DNA of 64,000 bases, taken from the NCBI GenBank assembly GCA_965367675.1, contig CBDUJZ010000006.1, forward strand, positions 2,016 through 66,015, written 5' to 3'. The DNA comes from an uncultured Myxococcales bacterium (GTDB taxonomy: Bacteria; Myxococcota_A; Bradymonadia; REDH01). A program made the position numbers and the translations under genes. The notes under the pieces are model-generated. The model ran no database searches, was not told the origin of the DNA, and was given only the letters and a program-made list of their open reading frames with translations. This document shows positions 38,811-49,516 of the stretch, piece by piece (position 1 is the stretch's first letter; every line of letters starts with the position of its first letter).

Positions 38811-40403
38811 ATGCCGCGAGTTGAATATACCGACCAGACCGGTGTGCACCGGGAGGTTACTTTCAAGCAGCAGCTTCGGATTGGGCGGCATCCAAATCAG
38901 GATCTACAGATCCTGGACCGGGTGGTGTCCAAGGCGCACGCGGTCATCGAAGTGCGCGATACCGAGCTGACCGTTGTGTACGACGCTGGCAGCCGGAACG
39001 GCACGCTGGTGAACAACGAGCTGATCGAAGGCGAGCGGCAGATTTTCGACGGCGACTCCATCATGGTGGGCGGCGCGGTCGTGCTGTACCGCGCCGAGGA
39101 CTCTCGCCAGGAGCGGTTGAAGAGCCGCGTTGAGATTCTGGACGAGGGCTTCGAGACGTCGGTCCGCAAGCGGCTGCGCGACACCGGAAACCGGCTGTTC
39201 TTGCACGCGGCGCAGGTGGAAGATCCGGCGCAGCTCCGCGACGACTACGAGAAGCTTCGGATCGCCAACGAGCTGAACCAGGCGCTCAGCACCGAGCTCG
39301 ACCTCGACGCGCTGCTGCCCAAGATTCTCGAGAAGGCGTTCGAGATGTTCGGTGCCGACCGCGGCGTCATCATGCTGATCGACGGCAAGACGGGCGCGCT
39401 TGAGCCGGCCGCGGTGCGGGCCAAGTTCGAAGACGTCGACGTCGGCAGCGGCATCCAGATTTCGCAGACGATTCTCCGCGAGGTCGTCGACGAGAAGACC
39501 GCCGTGCTGTCGTCCAACGCGCAGCTCGACGAGCGGTTCGGCGGCGCGCACTCCATTATTCTGCAGGGCATCAAGGCGACCATGTCGGTGCCGCTGCTGT
39601 ACCGTGACGAGCTGCTCGGCATCATCCACTTGGACTCGCAGCTCACGAGCGGCGCGTTCACGGAGAAGGACCTGTCGCTGTTGTCCGGATTCGCGAATCA
39701 GGCGGCGAACGCGATCGAGCATTCGCGGTTGGTGCAGCGGCTCAAGCAAGAGGCGCTCGCGCGTGAGCAGCTCGGCCGTCTGCTGTCTGCGGAGATGGTC
39801 GACGATGTTGTGAGCGGCAAGCTCAAGATTCGCCGTGGCGGCACCGAGCGCTTGGCGACGGTGCTGTTCGCCGACATCCGCGGTTTCACCGCGATGAGCG
39901 AGCGTTTCCCGGCCCAAGAGATCGTCACGATGCTCAACGAGTACTTCGAGATCATGGTGGAGATCATCTTCCGCCACGGCGGTACGCTCGATAAGTTCAT
40001 CGGCGACGAGATCATGGCGGTGTGGGGTGCGCCGATCGCGATCGAGGACCACACGTTCCGCGCTGTGAGCGCCGCGCTCGATATGCAGGCGGCGATGATC
40101 GAGTACAACCAGACGCGCCGGGTGGAGGGGTTGGACCCGATTCACTTTGGCGTCGGCATCAACTGCGGCGAGCTGATCGCTGGCTTCATGGGCAGCTCGC
40201 GCGCCATGGACCACACGGTGATCGGCGACGTGGTGAACTCGGCGTCGCGCTTTTGTTCGCAAGCGGCGGCCGGCGAGGTCATCGTTGGGCCGGACGTGAT
40301 GCGTGCGCTCGGCAACCGAGTTTACGTGGACGCGCTGCCCGCGACGATGCTCAAAGGAAAGGCGGCCCCGGTGTCGCTGTTCCGTGTTCGAGGGATCGCT
40401 TGA
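38811..40403 (+). CDS. FHA-GAF-class III adenylate/guanylate cyclase signalling protein
   Basis: N-terminal FHA (…FKQQLRIGRHPNQDLQILDRVVSKAHAVIEVRD…GSRNGTLVNN…). Central GAF-like region. C-terminal cyclase catalytic core (…VLFADIRGFTAMSE…, …KFIGDEIMAVWGAP…, …GINCGELIAGFMGS…). Confidence 0.85.
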   Translation: MPRVEYTDQTGVHREVTFKQQLRIGRHPNQDLQILDRVVSKAHAVIEVRDTELTVVYDAGSRNGTLVNNELIEGERQIFDGDSIMVGGAVVLYRAEDSRQERLKSRVEILDEGFETSVRKRLRDTGNRLFLHAAQVEDPAQLRDDYEKLRIANELNQALSTELDLDALLPKILEKAFEMFGADRGVIMLIDGKTGALEPAAVRAKFEDVDVGSGIQISQTILREVVDEKTAVLSSNAQLDERFGGAHSIILQGIKATMSVPLLYRDELLGIIHLDSQLTSGAFTEKDLSLLSGFANQAANAIEHSRLVQRLKQEALAREQLGRLLSAEMVDDVVSGKLKIRRGGTERLATVLFADIRGFTAMSERFPAQEIVTMLNEYFEIMVEIIFRHGGTLDKFIGDEIMAVWGAPIAIEDHTFRAVSAALDMQAAMIEYNQTRRVEGLDPIHFGVGINCGELIAGFMGSSRAMDHTVIGDVVNSASRFCSQAAAGEVIVGPDVMRALGNRVYVDALPATMLKGKAAPVSLFRVRGIA

Positions 40404-40491
40404 ACGCACCTACTAGCCTAGCCACGAACCGCCCCGTATACTCTCGAGAGCGCTTCGGCGCGTCAGAGTTTGCGACGGAGACTCCCGGTAG

Positions 40492-41928
40492 ATGAGTAAT
40501 TCGCCCTCACAACGGTACGAGGTCATCGAGCGCCTCGATGCCGGCGGAATGGCCGAGGTCTTCCGAGGCCGCGCAATCAGCATCGAGGGCTTCGAGAAGC
40601 AGGTCGCGATCAAGCGCGTGCTGCCGCACCTCGCCAAGAACGATAAGTTCGTGAACATGTTCCTGGACGAGGCGAAGCTCTCGCTCTTCCTGGACCACGC
40701 GAACGTTGTCTCGGTCTTCGACTTGGGGCGCGCCGCGGACACGTACTTCATCGTGATGGAGTTCATCGACGGCGTGAATCTGAAGAAGATTCTCGAGTGG
40801 GCGAACCATCACCGGCAACGCCTGCCCATCGAGCTCTCCGCGTACATCACGATGGAGGTGTGCAAGGGGCTCGATTACGCGCACAACAAGCGCGCGTCGG
40901 ACGGCAGCGCGCTCAAGATCGTGCACCGAGATATCTCGCCGCCGAACGTGCTCGTGTCGCGTCAGGGTGAGGTCAAGGTTACCGACTTTGGTCTCGCCAA
41001 GGCGCAGAGCCAGATCGAGCTCACCGACCCGGGCGTGGTCAAAGGCAAGTTCGGCTACTTGTCTCCCGAGGCCGCCATGGGCGACCCGGTGGACCTGCGT
41101 ACGGACGTGTTCGCCGCCGGTATTCTGCTCTGGGAGATGCTCGCCGGACGGCGGCTGTTCCAAGGCGAGTCCGACCTCGACACGCTGCAGTTGGTTCGAT
41201 TGGCGGAGATTCCGCCGCTGCGACAGTACAACGCCAACGTGCCGCCTGAGTTGGAAGAGATCGCGCGCCGTGCGCTGGCCGTGGACCCCGATCAGCGGAT
41301 CGGGACTGCGCGCGAGCTGGGTACGCTGGTCTCTCGTTTCCTGGTGAAGCAGGGCCTGTCGGTGACCTCCTACGACCTGGCGGCGTTCGTTGATCGCGCC
41401 ATCGAGGACGTCGCGCCCGAGGAAGATTCGGGCCAGCGCCGGGTGATGTCGAACGTCATTCAGGACGAGATTAACAAGCTCATCCGCATTGAGTCGAAGG
41501 CACCGTCGGCCAGCGCGATCATCGAGAGCGGACCGCTCGAAGACCCGCGGACGTGGGGCGACTTCGCGTTCGACGACCTTCCGGCTGCCAACCTTCGCGA
41601 GACCGCGTACGCCTCCAGCGGTGAGTCAGCGGTCGGCGGCGAAGGTGGTGGGTCCACGACCGTGTCGAGCGGCTCGTTGGCCGCGATTCGCGTCAAGAAC
41701 AAGGATGGCGAACGGCCTCCGTCGGGTCCGTCTCGGGCGGCCGAGCGCCCCTTGGTTGATACCGAAGCGCCGACGGAGCGTACGAACGCGTCCGTTCCGT
41801 CGACGGTGAACGGCGGAGCTACCGAGTCGACCGCGGGTGACGAGCGGGCGAAGGCGATTTTCTATGCCATGCTGTGCTTGGTCGCCGTCGTCGCGATGTA
41901 CATCGTGTACGTTCTGGTGAAGCACTAA
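40492..41928 (+). CDS. Hanks-type Ser/Thr protein kinase with a C-terminal transmembrane anchor and an atypical catalytic loop (HRDISPPN)
   Basis: Kinase subdomains: GGMAEVF (Gly loop), VAIKRV, HRDISPPN, DFGLAK, …YLSPEAAMG… Ser/Thr/Pro-rich linker. Terminal TM AIFYAMLCLVAVVAMYIVYVLV. Confidence 0.85.
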   Translation: MSNSPSQRYEVIERLDAGGMAEVFRGRAISIEGFEKQVAIKRVLPHLAKNDKFVNMFLDEAKLSLFLDHANVVSVFDLGRAADTYFIVMEFIDGVNLKKILEWANHHRQRLPIELSAYITMEVCKGLDYAHNKRASDGSALKIVHRDISPPNVLVSRQGEVKVTDFGLAKAQSQIELTDPGVVKGKFGYLSPEAAMGDPVDLRTDVFAAGILLWEMLAGRRLFQGESDLDTLQLVRLAEIPPLRQYNANVPPELEEIARRALAVDPDQRIGTARELGTLVSRFLVKQGLSVTSYDLAAFVDRAIEDVAPEEDSGQRRVMSNVIQDEINKLIRIESKAPSASAIIESGPLEDPRTWGDFAFDDLPAANLRETAYASSGESAVGGEGGGSTTVSSGSLAAIRVKNKDGERPPSGPSRAAERPLVDTEAPTERTNASVPSTVNGGATESTAGDERAKAIFYAMLCLVAVVAMYIVYVLVKH

Positions 41929-41971
41929 GCGCGGCCGTCCCGCGGGCGGAACCGCCGATACTGAAACGCCG

Positions 41972-42007
41972 AAAGCCCTGGGATGCAATCACGCATCCAA
42001 GGGCTTT
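41972..42007. terminator. Near-perfect 15-bp palindrome between the convergent kinase and nrdJ genes (candidate bidirectional terminator)
   Basis: aaagccctgggatgc-aatcac-gcatccaagggcttt, one mismatch. No strong U-tract on either strand. Confidence 0.45.
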
Positions 42008-42063
42008 CGACGTTCGGGGCCGTGTGGCGCGGCGGGCCGGCGTGGGCCCGCGCGGGGAATCGG

Positions 42064-45000
42064 CTAGGAGCAGCCGGAGGTGGCGCCGCAGGTGTCGCAC
42101 TTCATGCAGGCGCCGTTGCGCACGAGCGTGAAGTTGCCGCAGTCGCCGCAGGAGTCGCCTTCGTATCCCTTGCGACGGGCGACCATGGAGGCGTCCATTC
42201 CCGCCACGCCGCCGCCACCGACGGAGGTGGCGACAACCGGTCGGGCTTCGTCCTTCTTGAGCAGCGCCACGGGGACCTCCGCGAAGTCGGAGGCGTCGTA
42301 GCTACCGGAGGGGGAGATGTTGATCCCGCGACCGGAGAAGGTGTCCTTACGTCGGCCGTTGGCGCCGGAGGAGTAGGGCACGGCGTAGTCGGCGCTCGGC
42401 GTGTCGCCGTCAGCGTTCTCGCCTCCGGTGACGGTCGAGTAGACCTCTTCCGGCTTCACGTGGGCCAGGTCGGTGCGTCCGAGGTACGACAGGCCCAGCT
42501 CGCGGAAGATGTAGTCGATGAGCGACGTGGCCATCTTGATGTTGTCGTGCCCGCTGACCATTCCGGCGGGCTCGAAGCGCGTGAACGTGAAGGCGTCGAC
42601 GTACTCTTCGAGCGGCACGCCGTACTGGAGGCCGACGGAGACCGCGATGGCGAAGCAGTTGAGGAGGCTGCGCATGGCTGCGCCTTCGCGGTGCATGTCG
42701 ATGAAGATTTCACCGAGGGTGCCGTCCTCGTACTCGCCGGTGCGGAGGTACACCTTGTGGTTACCGACCTGGGCCTTCTGCGTGTACCCGCCGCGGCGGT
42801 TGGGCAGCTTGCGGCGCTGGCTGATGTACCGGTGGATGATGCGCTCGGCGACCTGCACGACCTCGGGCTTTTCTTCGTGGGCGGGCTCGTCGCCGAAGCC
42901 GGTCTCGGCGAGCAGCGCAGCGGCGACGGCGTCGTCGGCGGCGGCCACGTTGTTGAGGGGCTGCGAGAGCTTGGAGCCGTCGCGGTAGATGGCCATGGCC
43001 TTGACCATGAGGTCCCACGACGTGCGGTACACCTTCTTCACGTCGTCCACGGTGGCGTGGTTCGGCATGTTGATGGTCTTCGAGATCGCGCCGGAGATGA
43101 ACGGCTGCGCGGCGGCCATGATGCGGACGTGCGCGAGGGCGTCGATGTAGCGCTTTCCGATGGCGCCGCAGCGGTTTGCGCAGTCGAAGATGGCGAGGTC
43201 GGAGTCCTTGAGGTGCGGTGCGCCCTCAACGGTCATCGTGCCGCAGCAGTACAGGTTGGCGGCCTTGATCTGCTCGGCGGAGAAGCCGAGCGCCTCGAGC
43301 ATGTTGAAGTCGGGCGCGTTGAGCTCGCGCTCGGTGAAGCCGAGTTCGTCTTGGCAGAAGGCGTTGCCGAGGGTCCACTGGTTGAAGGCGAACCCGATGT
43401 CGAAGGTCGACGGGAGCTGCGCCTCGAGCTTCTCCAGCGCGGCTTCGGTGAAGCCCTTGGTGCGCAGGGAGTCGTGGTTGATGTGCGGGCCGCCCTTGAG
43501 GGTGGAGGTACCGCAGGCGTAGCGGATGATGTCCTCGACTTGGCGATCGCTGTAGTTGAGCGCCGTCAGGGCCGGGGGCACGTTGTTGTTGATGATCTTG
43601 AGGTAACCGCCGCCGGCGAGCTTTTTGAACTTCACGAGGGCGAAGTCGGGCTCGATGCCGGTGGTGCCGCAGTCCATGACGAGGCCGATGGTGCCGGTGG
43701 GTGCGATGACGGTGACCTGCGCGTTGCGGAAGCCGTGCTCTTCGCCGAGCAAGAGCGCGTCGTCCCAGGCGGTGCGTGCGGCGTCGACGAGGTCGGCGGG
43801 GCAGAGCAGGTCGTCGATGGCGACGGGCTTGACGGTCAGCTGCTCGTACTCGCTCGCGTTGACGTTGTAGGCCGCGCGGCGGTGGTTGCGGATGACGCGG
43901 AGCATGTGCTCGCGGTTGCGATCGAAGCCGGGGAACGGTCCGAGCTCACGGGAGAGTTCGGCGGAGGTGGCGTACGACTTGCCGCCCATGATGGCGGAGA
44001 TGGCGCCGGTCCAGGCCATGGCGAGGGGGCTGTCGTAGGGGATGCCGTTGCGCATGAGCAGGCCGCCGATGTTGGCGTAGCCCAGTCCGAGGGTGCGGAA
44101 CTCGTAGGAGAGCTCGGCGATGCGGCGCGCGGGGAATTGCGCCATGAGGACGGAGATCTCGAGGACGACGGTCCAGAAGCGTGTGGCGTGCTCGAAGGCG
44201 GCGATGTCGAAGCCGTTTTCGGTATCGAACTTCACCAGGTTCATGCTGGCGAGGTTGCACGCGGTGTCGTCGAGGAACATGTACTCGGAGCACGGGTTCG
44301 ACGCGTTGATGCGTCCATCCTCGGGGCAGGTGTGCCACTCGTTGATGGTGGTGTCGAACTGCAGGCCGGGGTCGGCGCAGGCCCATGCGTTGTACGAGAT
44401 GCCGTCCCAGAGCTCCTTGGCGGGGATGGTGCGGGCGACCTCGCCGTCGGTTCGGCGGATGAGGGGCCACTCGCCGTCGCGCTCGAGGAGCGAGAAGAAG
44501 GCGTTGGGGACGCGGACGCTGTTGTTGGAGTTCTGGCCGCCGACGCTGCGGTAGGCCTCGGACGTCCAGTTGGTGTCGTACGTCTCGAAGTCGATGCCGC
44601 GGTAGCCCTGCTTGGCGAGCTGGAGCACGCGGGCGATGTAGTTGGTGGCGGTGCCGGAGGTGACGGCGTCGCGCATGGCCAGCGCGAGGGCGTTGTTCTT
44701 ACGGGGGTCGAAGCGGTTGGCTTCGTCCTCGTGCTGCCATGCGGCGTCCATGATGGCCTGCAGGGTGCGCTGCAGGGTCTTGGAGCCGGCGACGAGCGAG
44801 GCGACCTTTTGCTCCTCGACGGTCTTCCAGGAGATGAACTTCTCGATATCGGGGTGGTCGAGGTCGAGGCAGACCATCTTGGCGGCGCGGCGGGTGGTAC
44901 CACCGCTCTTGATGGCGCCGGCGGCGCGGTCACCGATGGCGAGGAAGCTCATGAGGCCGGACGAGCGTCCGCCACCGGAGAGCGGCTCATTCTCGGCGCG

Positions 45001-45714
45001 CAGGGAGGAGAAGTTGGTGCCGGTGCCGGAGCCGTACTTGAACAGGCGGGCCTCACGGGTCCACAGGTCCATGATGCCGCCTTCGCCGACGAGGTCATCG
45101 CCGATGCTTTGGATGAAGCAGGCGTGGGGCTGCGGGTGCGTGTAGGCGTCTTCGCTCGCGGTCACGCGGCCGGTCTTGGGGTCCACGTAGGAGTGGCCCT
45201 GCGCGGGGCCGGTGATGCCGTACTTCCAGTTGAGGCCGGTGTTGAACCACTGCGGGGAGTTCGGCGCCGCCATCTGCGAGGCGAGCATGAACACGAGCTC
45301 GTCGTAGAACGTGCGCGCGTCGTCCTCGGTCTCAAAGTAGTTGTGGGTCCATCCCCAGTACGTCCAGCAGCCCGCCATGCGGTCGAAGACCTCACGGCTG
45401 TCCGTCTCCATCCCATAGCGCTCTTCCTCGGGCATCGCCTTCAGCGCGTTCTCGTCCGGAACCGAGCGCTGCAGCCACACGGGGACGCCGTCTTCCTCGA
45501 CGCGCTTCGTGATCTTGGGAACACCGGCCTTGCGGAAGTACTTCTGCGCGATGACGTCCGTCGCGACCTGAGACCACTCGGCGGGAATCGCGACCTCGTC
45601 GCAGCTGAACACCATGGTGCCGTCCGGCTCGCGAATCTCGCTCTTTCGCTTCGTGAACTCGATGGCGGTGTAGGGGCTCTGGCCAGACTGGGTGAAACGG
45701 CGATCGAATTTCAT
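42064..45714 (-). CDS. nrdJ: Class II (adenosylcobalamin-dependent) ribonucleotide reductase NrdJ, long form with C-terminal Zn-ribbon
   Basis: ATG 45714 ([15 protein letters not shown]…). RNR active-site blocks (…[21 protein letters not shown]…, …[11 protein letters not shown]…). C-terminal [25 protein letters not shown]-track 22-aa N-terminal extension rejected. Confidence 0.9.
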   Translation of the reverse strand: MKFDRRFTQSGQSPYTAIEFTKRKSEIREPDGTMVFSCDEVAIPAEWSQVATDVIAQKYFRKAGVPKITKRVEEDGVPVWLQRSVPDENALKAMPEEERYGMETDSREVFDRMAGCWTYWGWTHNYFETEDDARTFYDELVFMLASQMAAPNSPQWFNTGLNWKYGITGPAQGHSYVDPKTGRVTASEDAYTHPQPHACFIQSIGDDLVGEGGIMDLWTREARLFKYGSGTGTNFSSLRAENEPLSGGGRSSGLMSFLAIGDRAAGAIKSGGTTRRAAKMVCLDLDHPDIEKFISWKTVEEQKVASLVAGSKTLQRTLQAIMDAAWQHEDEANRFDPRKNNALALAMRDAVTSGTATNYIARVLQLAKQGYRGIDFETYDTNWTSEAYRSVGGQNSNNSVRVPNAFFSLLERDGEWPLIRRTDGEVARTIPAKELWDGISYNAWACADPGLQFDTTINEWHTCPEDGRINASNPCSEYMFLDDTACNLASMNLVKFDTENGFDIAAFEHATRFWTVVLEISVLMAQFPARRIAELSYEFRTLGLGYANIGGLLMRNGIPYDSPLAMAWTGAISAIMGGKSYATSAELSRELGPFPGFDRNREHMLRVIRNHRRAAYNVNASEYEQLTVKPVAIDDLLCPADLVDAARTAWDDALLLGEEHGFRNAQVTVIAPTGTIGLVMDCGTTGIEPDFALVKFKKLAGGGYLKIINNNVPPALTALNYSDRQVEDIIRYACGTSTLKGGPHINHDSLRTKGFTEAALEKLEAQLPSTFDIGFAFNQWTLGNAFCQDELGFTERELNAPDFNMLEALGFSAEQIKAANLYCCGTMTVEGAPHLKDSDLAIFDCANRCGAIGKRYIDALAHVRIMAAAQPFISGAISKTINMPNHATVDDVKKVYRTSWDLMVKAMAIYRDGSKLSQPLNNVAAADDAVAAALLAETGFGDEPAHEEKPEVVQVAERIIHRYISQRRKLPNRRGGYTQKAQVGNHKVYLRTGEYEDGTLGEIFIDMHREGAAMRSLLNCFAIAVSVGLQYGVPLEEYVDAFTFTRFEPAGMVSGHDNIKMATSLIDYIFRELGLSYLGRTDLAHVKPEEVYSTVTGGENADGDTPSADYAVPYSSGANGRRKDTFSGRGINISPSGSYDASDFAEVPVALLKKDEARPVVATSVGGGGVAGMDASMVARRKGYEGDSCGDCGNFTLVRNGACMKCDTCGATSGCS

Positions 45715-45957
45715 GGACGGGGTCTCTGGGCTGCTGTTGCGCGAAGATGGAAGACGAAGAATTCCCGTGCCGCAGGACAAACTGACTCTCGCAATAAATG
45801 CGCAGTGCCGAATTCAATCCCCCTGAGGATTGAATCGGTCGGGTCAGATTGTGCGTGCGTCTATCGGTGGTTCGTAGTGTTGGCCGAGAGGCGTCAATCG
45901 GAGCGCGCGCTGTGCGGGAAGAGCCTGATTTCGCAGGACTTCTTTCTGGCGCTGCTT

Positions 45958-46001
45958 CAATATGTCGTGCCTACTGTGCAACCGAACCACTAGATGTTGT
46001 G
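45958..46001. promoter_or_regulatory. Candidate tandem NrdR-box-like palindromes upstream of nrdJ
   Basis: cactagatgttgtg (45988-46001) matches CACwAtATaTwGTG at 12 of 14 positions. A second weaker half, caatatgtcgtg (45958-45969), is centred 31 bp away, which is the usual NrdR tandem spacing. The boxes lie ~240-290 bp upstream of the nrdJ ATG. Consensus recalled from memory. Confidence 0.3.
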
Positions 46002-46473
46002 GGAACGAGGAAGACTCTTAACCCGCAGGGATCCGCGGGTCAAGCCGAACCACCAAATCCGTAAGTGGCTGATTTTATTGAAATCAAGCCCAAATCCGCG
46101 CCAGAACAGCATACTGCGTGCCAGATTCGGAAAGCGCGTTTTTGCTGTGTAACGACTTCCATAAGTGTAGCGGTTCCAACTACTTGTGGGACACTCGAAA
46201 ACGTTCTTCTCGATTCTGGCGCAGATCGGCCGAAGATCGACTCTCGGGATGAGCGGCTAGCGAACGGCGGAGAACCCCCGAAAGAACTGGCCCAGCGGTC
46301 GGATCGGTAGAATCTACTTCAGAAGATCCCTTCCTGGAACGCGTATCGAACGACATGCACTTACTTGGGCGCACACCCCCCGCAAACGGGTGGGGAAGCC
46401 CGGATTGGCACGTCGAAATCCCCCGTAGACTCAACGGGTTACGCTGAGGTTCTGAGCGCCGAAGAACTGCGGA

Positions 46474-46998
46474 CTATGCCGAAACCGTCGGCCAACCCAT
46501 CGCGGCGACGAACACTTCCGCCTCGCGGCGGCGCATCTCGCGTTCTTCTTCGGGCTCGGCGTGATCGTAGCCGAGCAAGTGCAGCATGCCGTGCACGATG
46601 AGGAAGACGACCTCGTGGAAGTTGTCCCAGGTGGTGCCTTCGGGAGGCGCGGCTCCCTGCGAGGCGAGTTCTTCGAACACGCGCTCACGGTGTTCTCCGC
46701 TGGTCACCATGCGCGCCGCGGTCTCCACGGACACCACGACGTCGCCGAGCACTTGCATGGTCACGTGTGCGTCCTCGGCCTCGTGAAGCGCGAACGAGAG
46801 TACGTCGGTGGGAGAATCGATTCCCCGCCAGTCGCGGTTGAGTTCCCGAACCTCTTCGTCGTCGGTCAGGAGGACGCAGCCGTCGTAGCCATCACATTCC
46901 AAGACGGCGCAGATTGAGGTCAGCGTCGTCTCGAGTCTTTTCTGAAGCTCCGGAGGCGTCAGGGGGTGCACTTGCGGGCGCGTCATCAGCTCCATCAT
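46474..46998 (-). CDS. ybeY: Endoribonuclease YbeY (rRNA maturation factor)
   Basis: …PTDVLSFAL… and zinc-binding H-x3-H-x5-H motif …VVFLIVHGMLHLLGYDH… Start may be M1 (46998) or M5 (46986). Overlaps the 3' end of the pgpH-like gene by ~100 nt. Confidence 0.85.
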   Translation of the reverse strand: MMELMTRPQVHPLTPPELQKRLETTLTSICAVLECDGYDGCVLLTDDEEVRELNRDWRGIDSPTDVLSFALHEAEDAHVTMQVLGDVVVSVETAARMVTSGEHRERVFEELASQGAAPPEGTTWDNFHEVVFLIVHGMLHLLGYDHAEPEEEREMRRREAEVFVAAMGWPTVSA

Positions 46999-49516
46999 TG
47001 TCCTGTGCGGTCACGGTCTGGTTGGCACCAGAGTCGGCTCGTTTGCTGCGCTTTGTGGTCTGGCTCTTCCGGACGTCGGGGTATTCCGGCCGGTGATGGT
47101 AGAACGCTGTGAGGCGGAGCAGGAACGCGTTGGCGATCAGGTCCAGGTCCTTGAGCGTCAGGTCGCATCCGTCGAGCTGTCCGTCGATGAACGCGCGGTT
47201 GATCATCTTCTGCACCAAGCCCTTGAGGTGGGAGTGGCTTGGGTCGGGCAGCGCGCGGGAGGCGGCTTCGACACCGTCAGCGAGCAGGCAGATGGCGGTC
47301 TCTCGCGTTCGCGGCTTCGGGCCCGGGTAGCGGTAGTCGGATTCGTTGACGGTACCCTCGTCGAGCTCGATGGCGCGGCGGTAGAAGTACTGAATCAGGC
47401 TGGTGCCGTGATGCTCGCGAATGAAGTCGATGATCTCGGGCGGGAGCTTGTACTGCTTGGCGAGCTCGACGCCGTCTTTGACGTGCGATTTGATGACGAG
47501 GGCGCTCATGTTGGGCTTGAGCTTGTCGTGCGGGTTCACGCCTTGTTGGTTCTCGGCAAAGTAGTGTGGCGTTTTGGTCTTGCCGATGTCGTGGAAGTAG
47601 CTGCCGACGCGTCCGAGCAGGGCGTCGGCGCCGACGGCTTCGCAGGCGGACTCGACCAGTTGGCCGACCATCATGCTGTGGTGATACGAGCCGGGCGCCT
47701 TCAGGATGAGCTCCTTGAGCGCGGGGTGGTTCAGGTTCGCCAGCTCCATGAGGCGCATGGGGGTGGTGAACCGGAATGTGGCTTCGATGATGGGGAGCAG
47801 GGCGTACACGAAGAGCGCGCTGCTCACGCCGGACAGGAAGCCGCCAGCGGCGACCCAGGCGTAGGCGGCGTCGTCGCCGGTGTCGGCCAGCACGGCGAAG
47901 GCCAGGGCGATGCCGAGGATGATGACGCCCGCGAAGCCGCCGGCGCGCAGGATGTCTGTGCGGGTTTGTGCGCCGCGGACGCTCACGATGCCGACGATCG
48001 AGCCGAGCAGTGCGGCGGCGGCGAACGAGACGTCGAACTGGAACAGGACGCCCGCGAACAGTGAGTACAGGATGGCGTACACCAGCGCGTTTTCGGCGTT
48101 GGTGAGGATGCGCACGATCATGGCGCCCGCTGATAGCGGGATCACGAGGTACAGCGCACGTGTGGGGATGGCGCCTTGCTGGCCGACGAGATCGCTGATG
48201 AAGATGCCGAGCCGCGTGATGCCGAGGTGCGCGAGCATGACGGAGGCCATCATGGACAAGTGCTTGGTATCATGGGTGAATCTCGCCATTCCTCCGAGCG
48301 CGAACATCATGATAGGGAGCAGGAGCAGCGCGACCAGCAGGGCGGTGGCGAGCACGGTGTAGGCCGCCGAGCGGGCGGGCGGCGCGTTGGCTTGCATCGC
48401 CTGGATGATGGCGACGGTGGTGGCGTCGATGACCTCGCTCTGACCGAGGATGATCTCTCCCTCGCGGAACTGCTGGGTCAGGGTGGCTCTGAACTCAGCC
48501 TCGGCGGTGTTGGCGGCTGCGCTGACGCGTGCGGCGGTCTCGTTGGCGTTGATGCGGGTGTTGACGCGCACGAGCGCCTCGGCGAGCGCCGCGATGGCGT
48601 CGCGCAGTTCGGAGTCGATGTAGAACAGGTGGTGTCGCGCGGGCGCGATGACCGCGTCGAGCTGATGGACGTCGCCGAACGAGATGAGCTGGCGAACGCG
48701 GCGCTCGGTCTGGGGGACGCCTTGGTCGAGCGTTCGCAGGGTTACACCTCCGAGTCCGACGGCCTCCAGGGCGGCGACGTCTTCGACGATGTGCTTGGAC
48801 ATGGCCTCGCCCACGAGGGCGTGGAGGGCGTCTTCGACTTCGCGGCTGAAGCCGGAGCTGACGAGGGGCGCGAGGTCGACGGCTTCGGGGTCGCGGGCAC
48901 CGTCGCGGAGCGCGCGGGCGGCGGACGAAGCCTCGAGGATTTCGAGTCGGACCTCGTGCGGCACGAGCGCGATCAGCGCGTCTTCGGAGAGTTCGGACTC
49001 TACGGTCGGGAGGTCGGGCAGCAGGCTAGGCTCGTCTTCGCCGGCCTCGGCTTGCGCGTCTTCGCCTTGTGCGGTGTCTCCGCTGCCGTCGTCGTCTTCT
49101 CCGGACCCTTCGGTCGGCTTGTCCTCGACTTCGGGTGCGAGCGATGCGCCGGTGGTGATGAGCTCCGCGCGGAGCTCTGCGAAGGCATCTTGGATGCGCT
49201 CGTCGATGACGGTTTCGAGGCTCTCGTCGTAGTCCCAGACGGGGATGACTTGAGCTGCTGCAGCGTCTCGAACGGCGCGGATTCCAGCGGGGTCGTTGCG
49301 CTCGAAGGTGAAATCGTGCGTCGCGGTGATGGCGCGTTCGGCGACGAGGTTGATGTCGGATTCATCGAGGGAGGGCCCGACTCCGCGTGATCGCGGGGCC
49401 ATGATGAGGGCCATGCAGAGGACCATCGCGACGATGAGCGCCCCTCGGACCCAAGCGTTTTTCGCTTCGGTATCACGGAGCTTCTGGAACCACTCGCGGG
49501 GTTGGCTGCGCTTCAC
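46892..49516 (-). CDS. pgpH: 7TM-receptor-HD (HDIG) membrane phosphohydrolase, PgpH/YqfF-like
   Basis: GTG start 49516 overlapping phoH TGA. N-terminal extracytoplasmic region, 7 TM helices, C-terminal HD domain (…HHSMMVGQLVESACEAVGAD…YFHDIGKTK…IKSHVKDGVELAKQY…IREHHGTSL…). Confidence 0.8.
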   Translation of the reverse strand: MKRSQPREWFQKLRDTEAKNAWVRGALIVAMVLCMALIMAPRSRGVGPSLDESDINLVAERAITATHDFTFERNDPAGIRAVRDAAAAQVIPVWDYDESLETVIDERIQDAFAELRAELITTGASLAPEVEDKPTEGSGEDDDGSGDTAQGEDAQAEAGEDEPSLLPDLPTVESELSEDALIALVPHEVRLEILEASSAARALRDGARDPEAVDLAPLVSSGFSREVEDALHALVGEAMSKHIVEDVAALEAVGLGGVTLRTLDQGVPQTERRVRQLISFGDVHQLDAVIAPARHHLFYIDSELRDAIAALAEALVRVNTRINANETAARVSAAANTAEAEFRATLTQQFREGEIILGQSEVIDATTVAIIQAMQANAPPARSAAYTVLATALLVALLLLPIMMFALGGMARFTHDTKHLSMMASVMLAHLGITRLGIFISDLVGQQGAIPTRALYLVIPLSAGAMIVRILTNAENALVYAILYSLFAGVLFQFDVSFAAAALLGSIVGIVSVRGAQTRTDILRAGGFAGVIILGIALAFAVLADTGDDAAYAWVAAGGFLSGVSSALFVYALLPIIEATFRFTTPMRLMELANLNHPALKELILKAPGSYHHSMMVGQLVESACEAVGADALLGRVGSYFHDIGKTKTPHYFAENQQGVNPHDKLKPNMSALVIKSHVKDGVELAKQYKLPPEIIDFIREHHGTSLIQYFYRRAIELDEGTVNESDYRYPGPKPRTRETAICLLADGVEAASRALPDPSHSHLKGLVQKMINRAFIDGQLDGCDLTLKDLDLIANAFLLRLTAFYHHRPEYPDVRKSQTTKRSKRADSGANQTVTAQDNDGADDAPASAPPDASGASEKTRDDADLNLRRLGM

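Noticed and set aside
41983-45993. 1336-aa + strand ORF antisense to nrdJ
   Set aside because: Same artefact of high-GC antisense frames. nrdJ on the minus strand is unambiguous.
46065-46310. 81-aa ORF in the low-GC island
   Set aside because: Codon usage is unlike the genome (AT-rich third positions). No SD. No motif.
46411-46424. tmRNA-like 5' motif GGGGGAUUUCGACG on the minus strand inside the low-GC island
   Set aside because: Resembles the tmRNA 5' acceptor/D-arm start. I found no matching 3' T-arm (GGUUCGAnUCC…CCA), no resume codon or ALAA-type tag frame downstream. Probably coincidental. Worth an Rfam scan anyway.
45781-46470. Possible cobalamin riboswitch or RNase P/SRP RNA in the nrdJ upstream region
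   Set aside because: No B12 box (GCCACTG), no RNase P P4 (GGAAAGUCCGGGCUCC) and no SRP domain IV motifs are visible on either strand. Retained only as 'unclassified structured region'.
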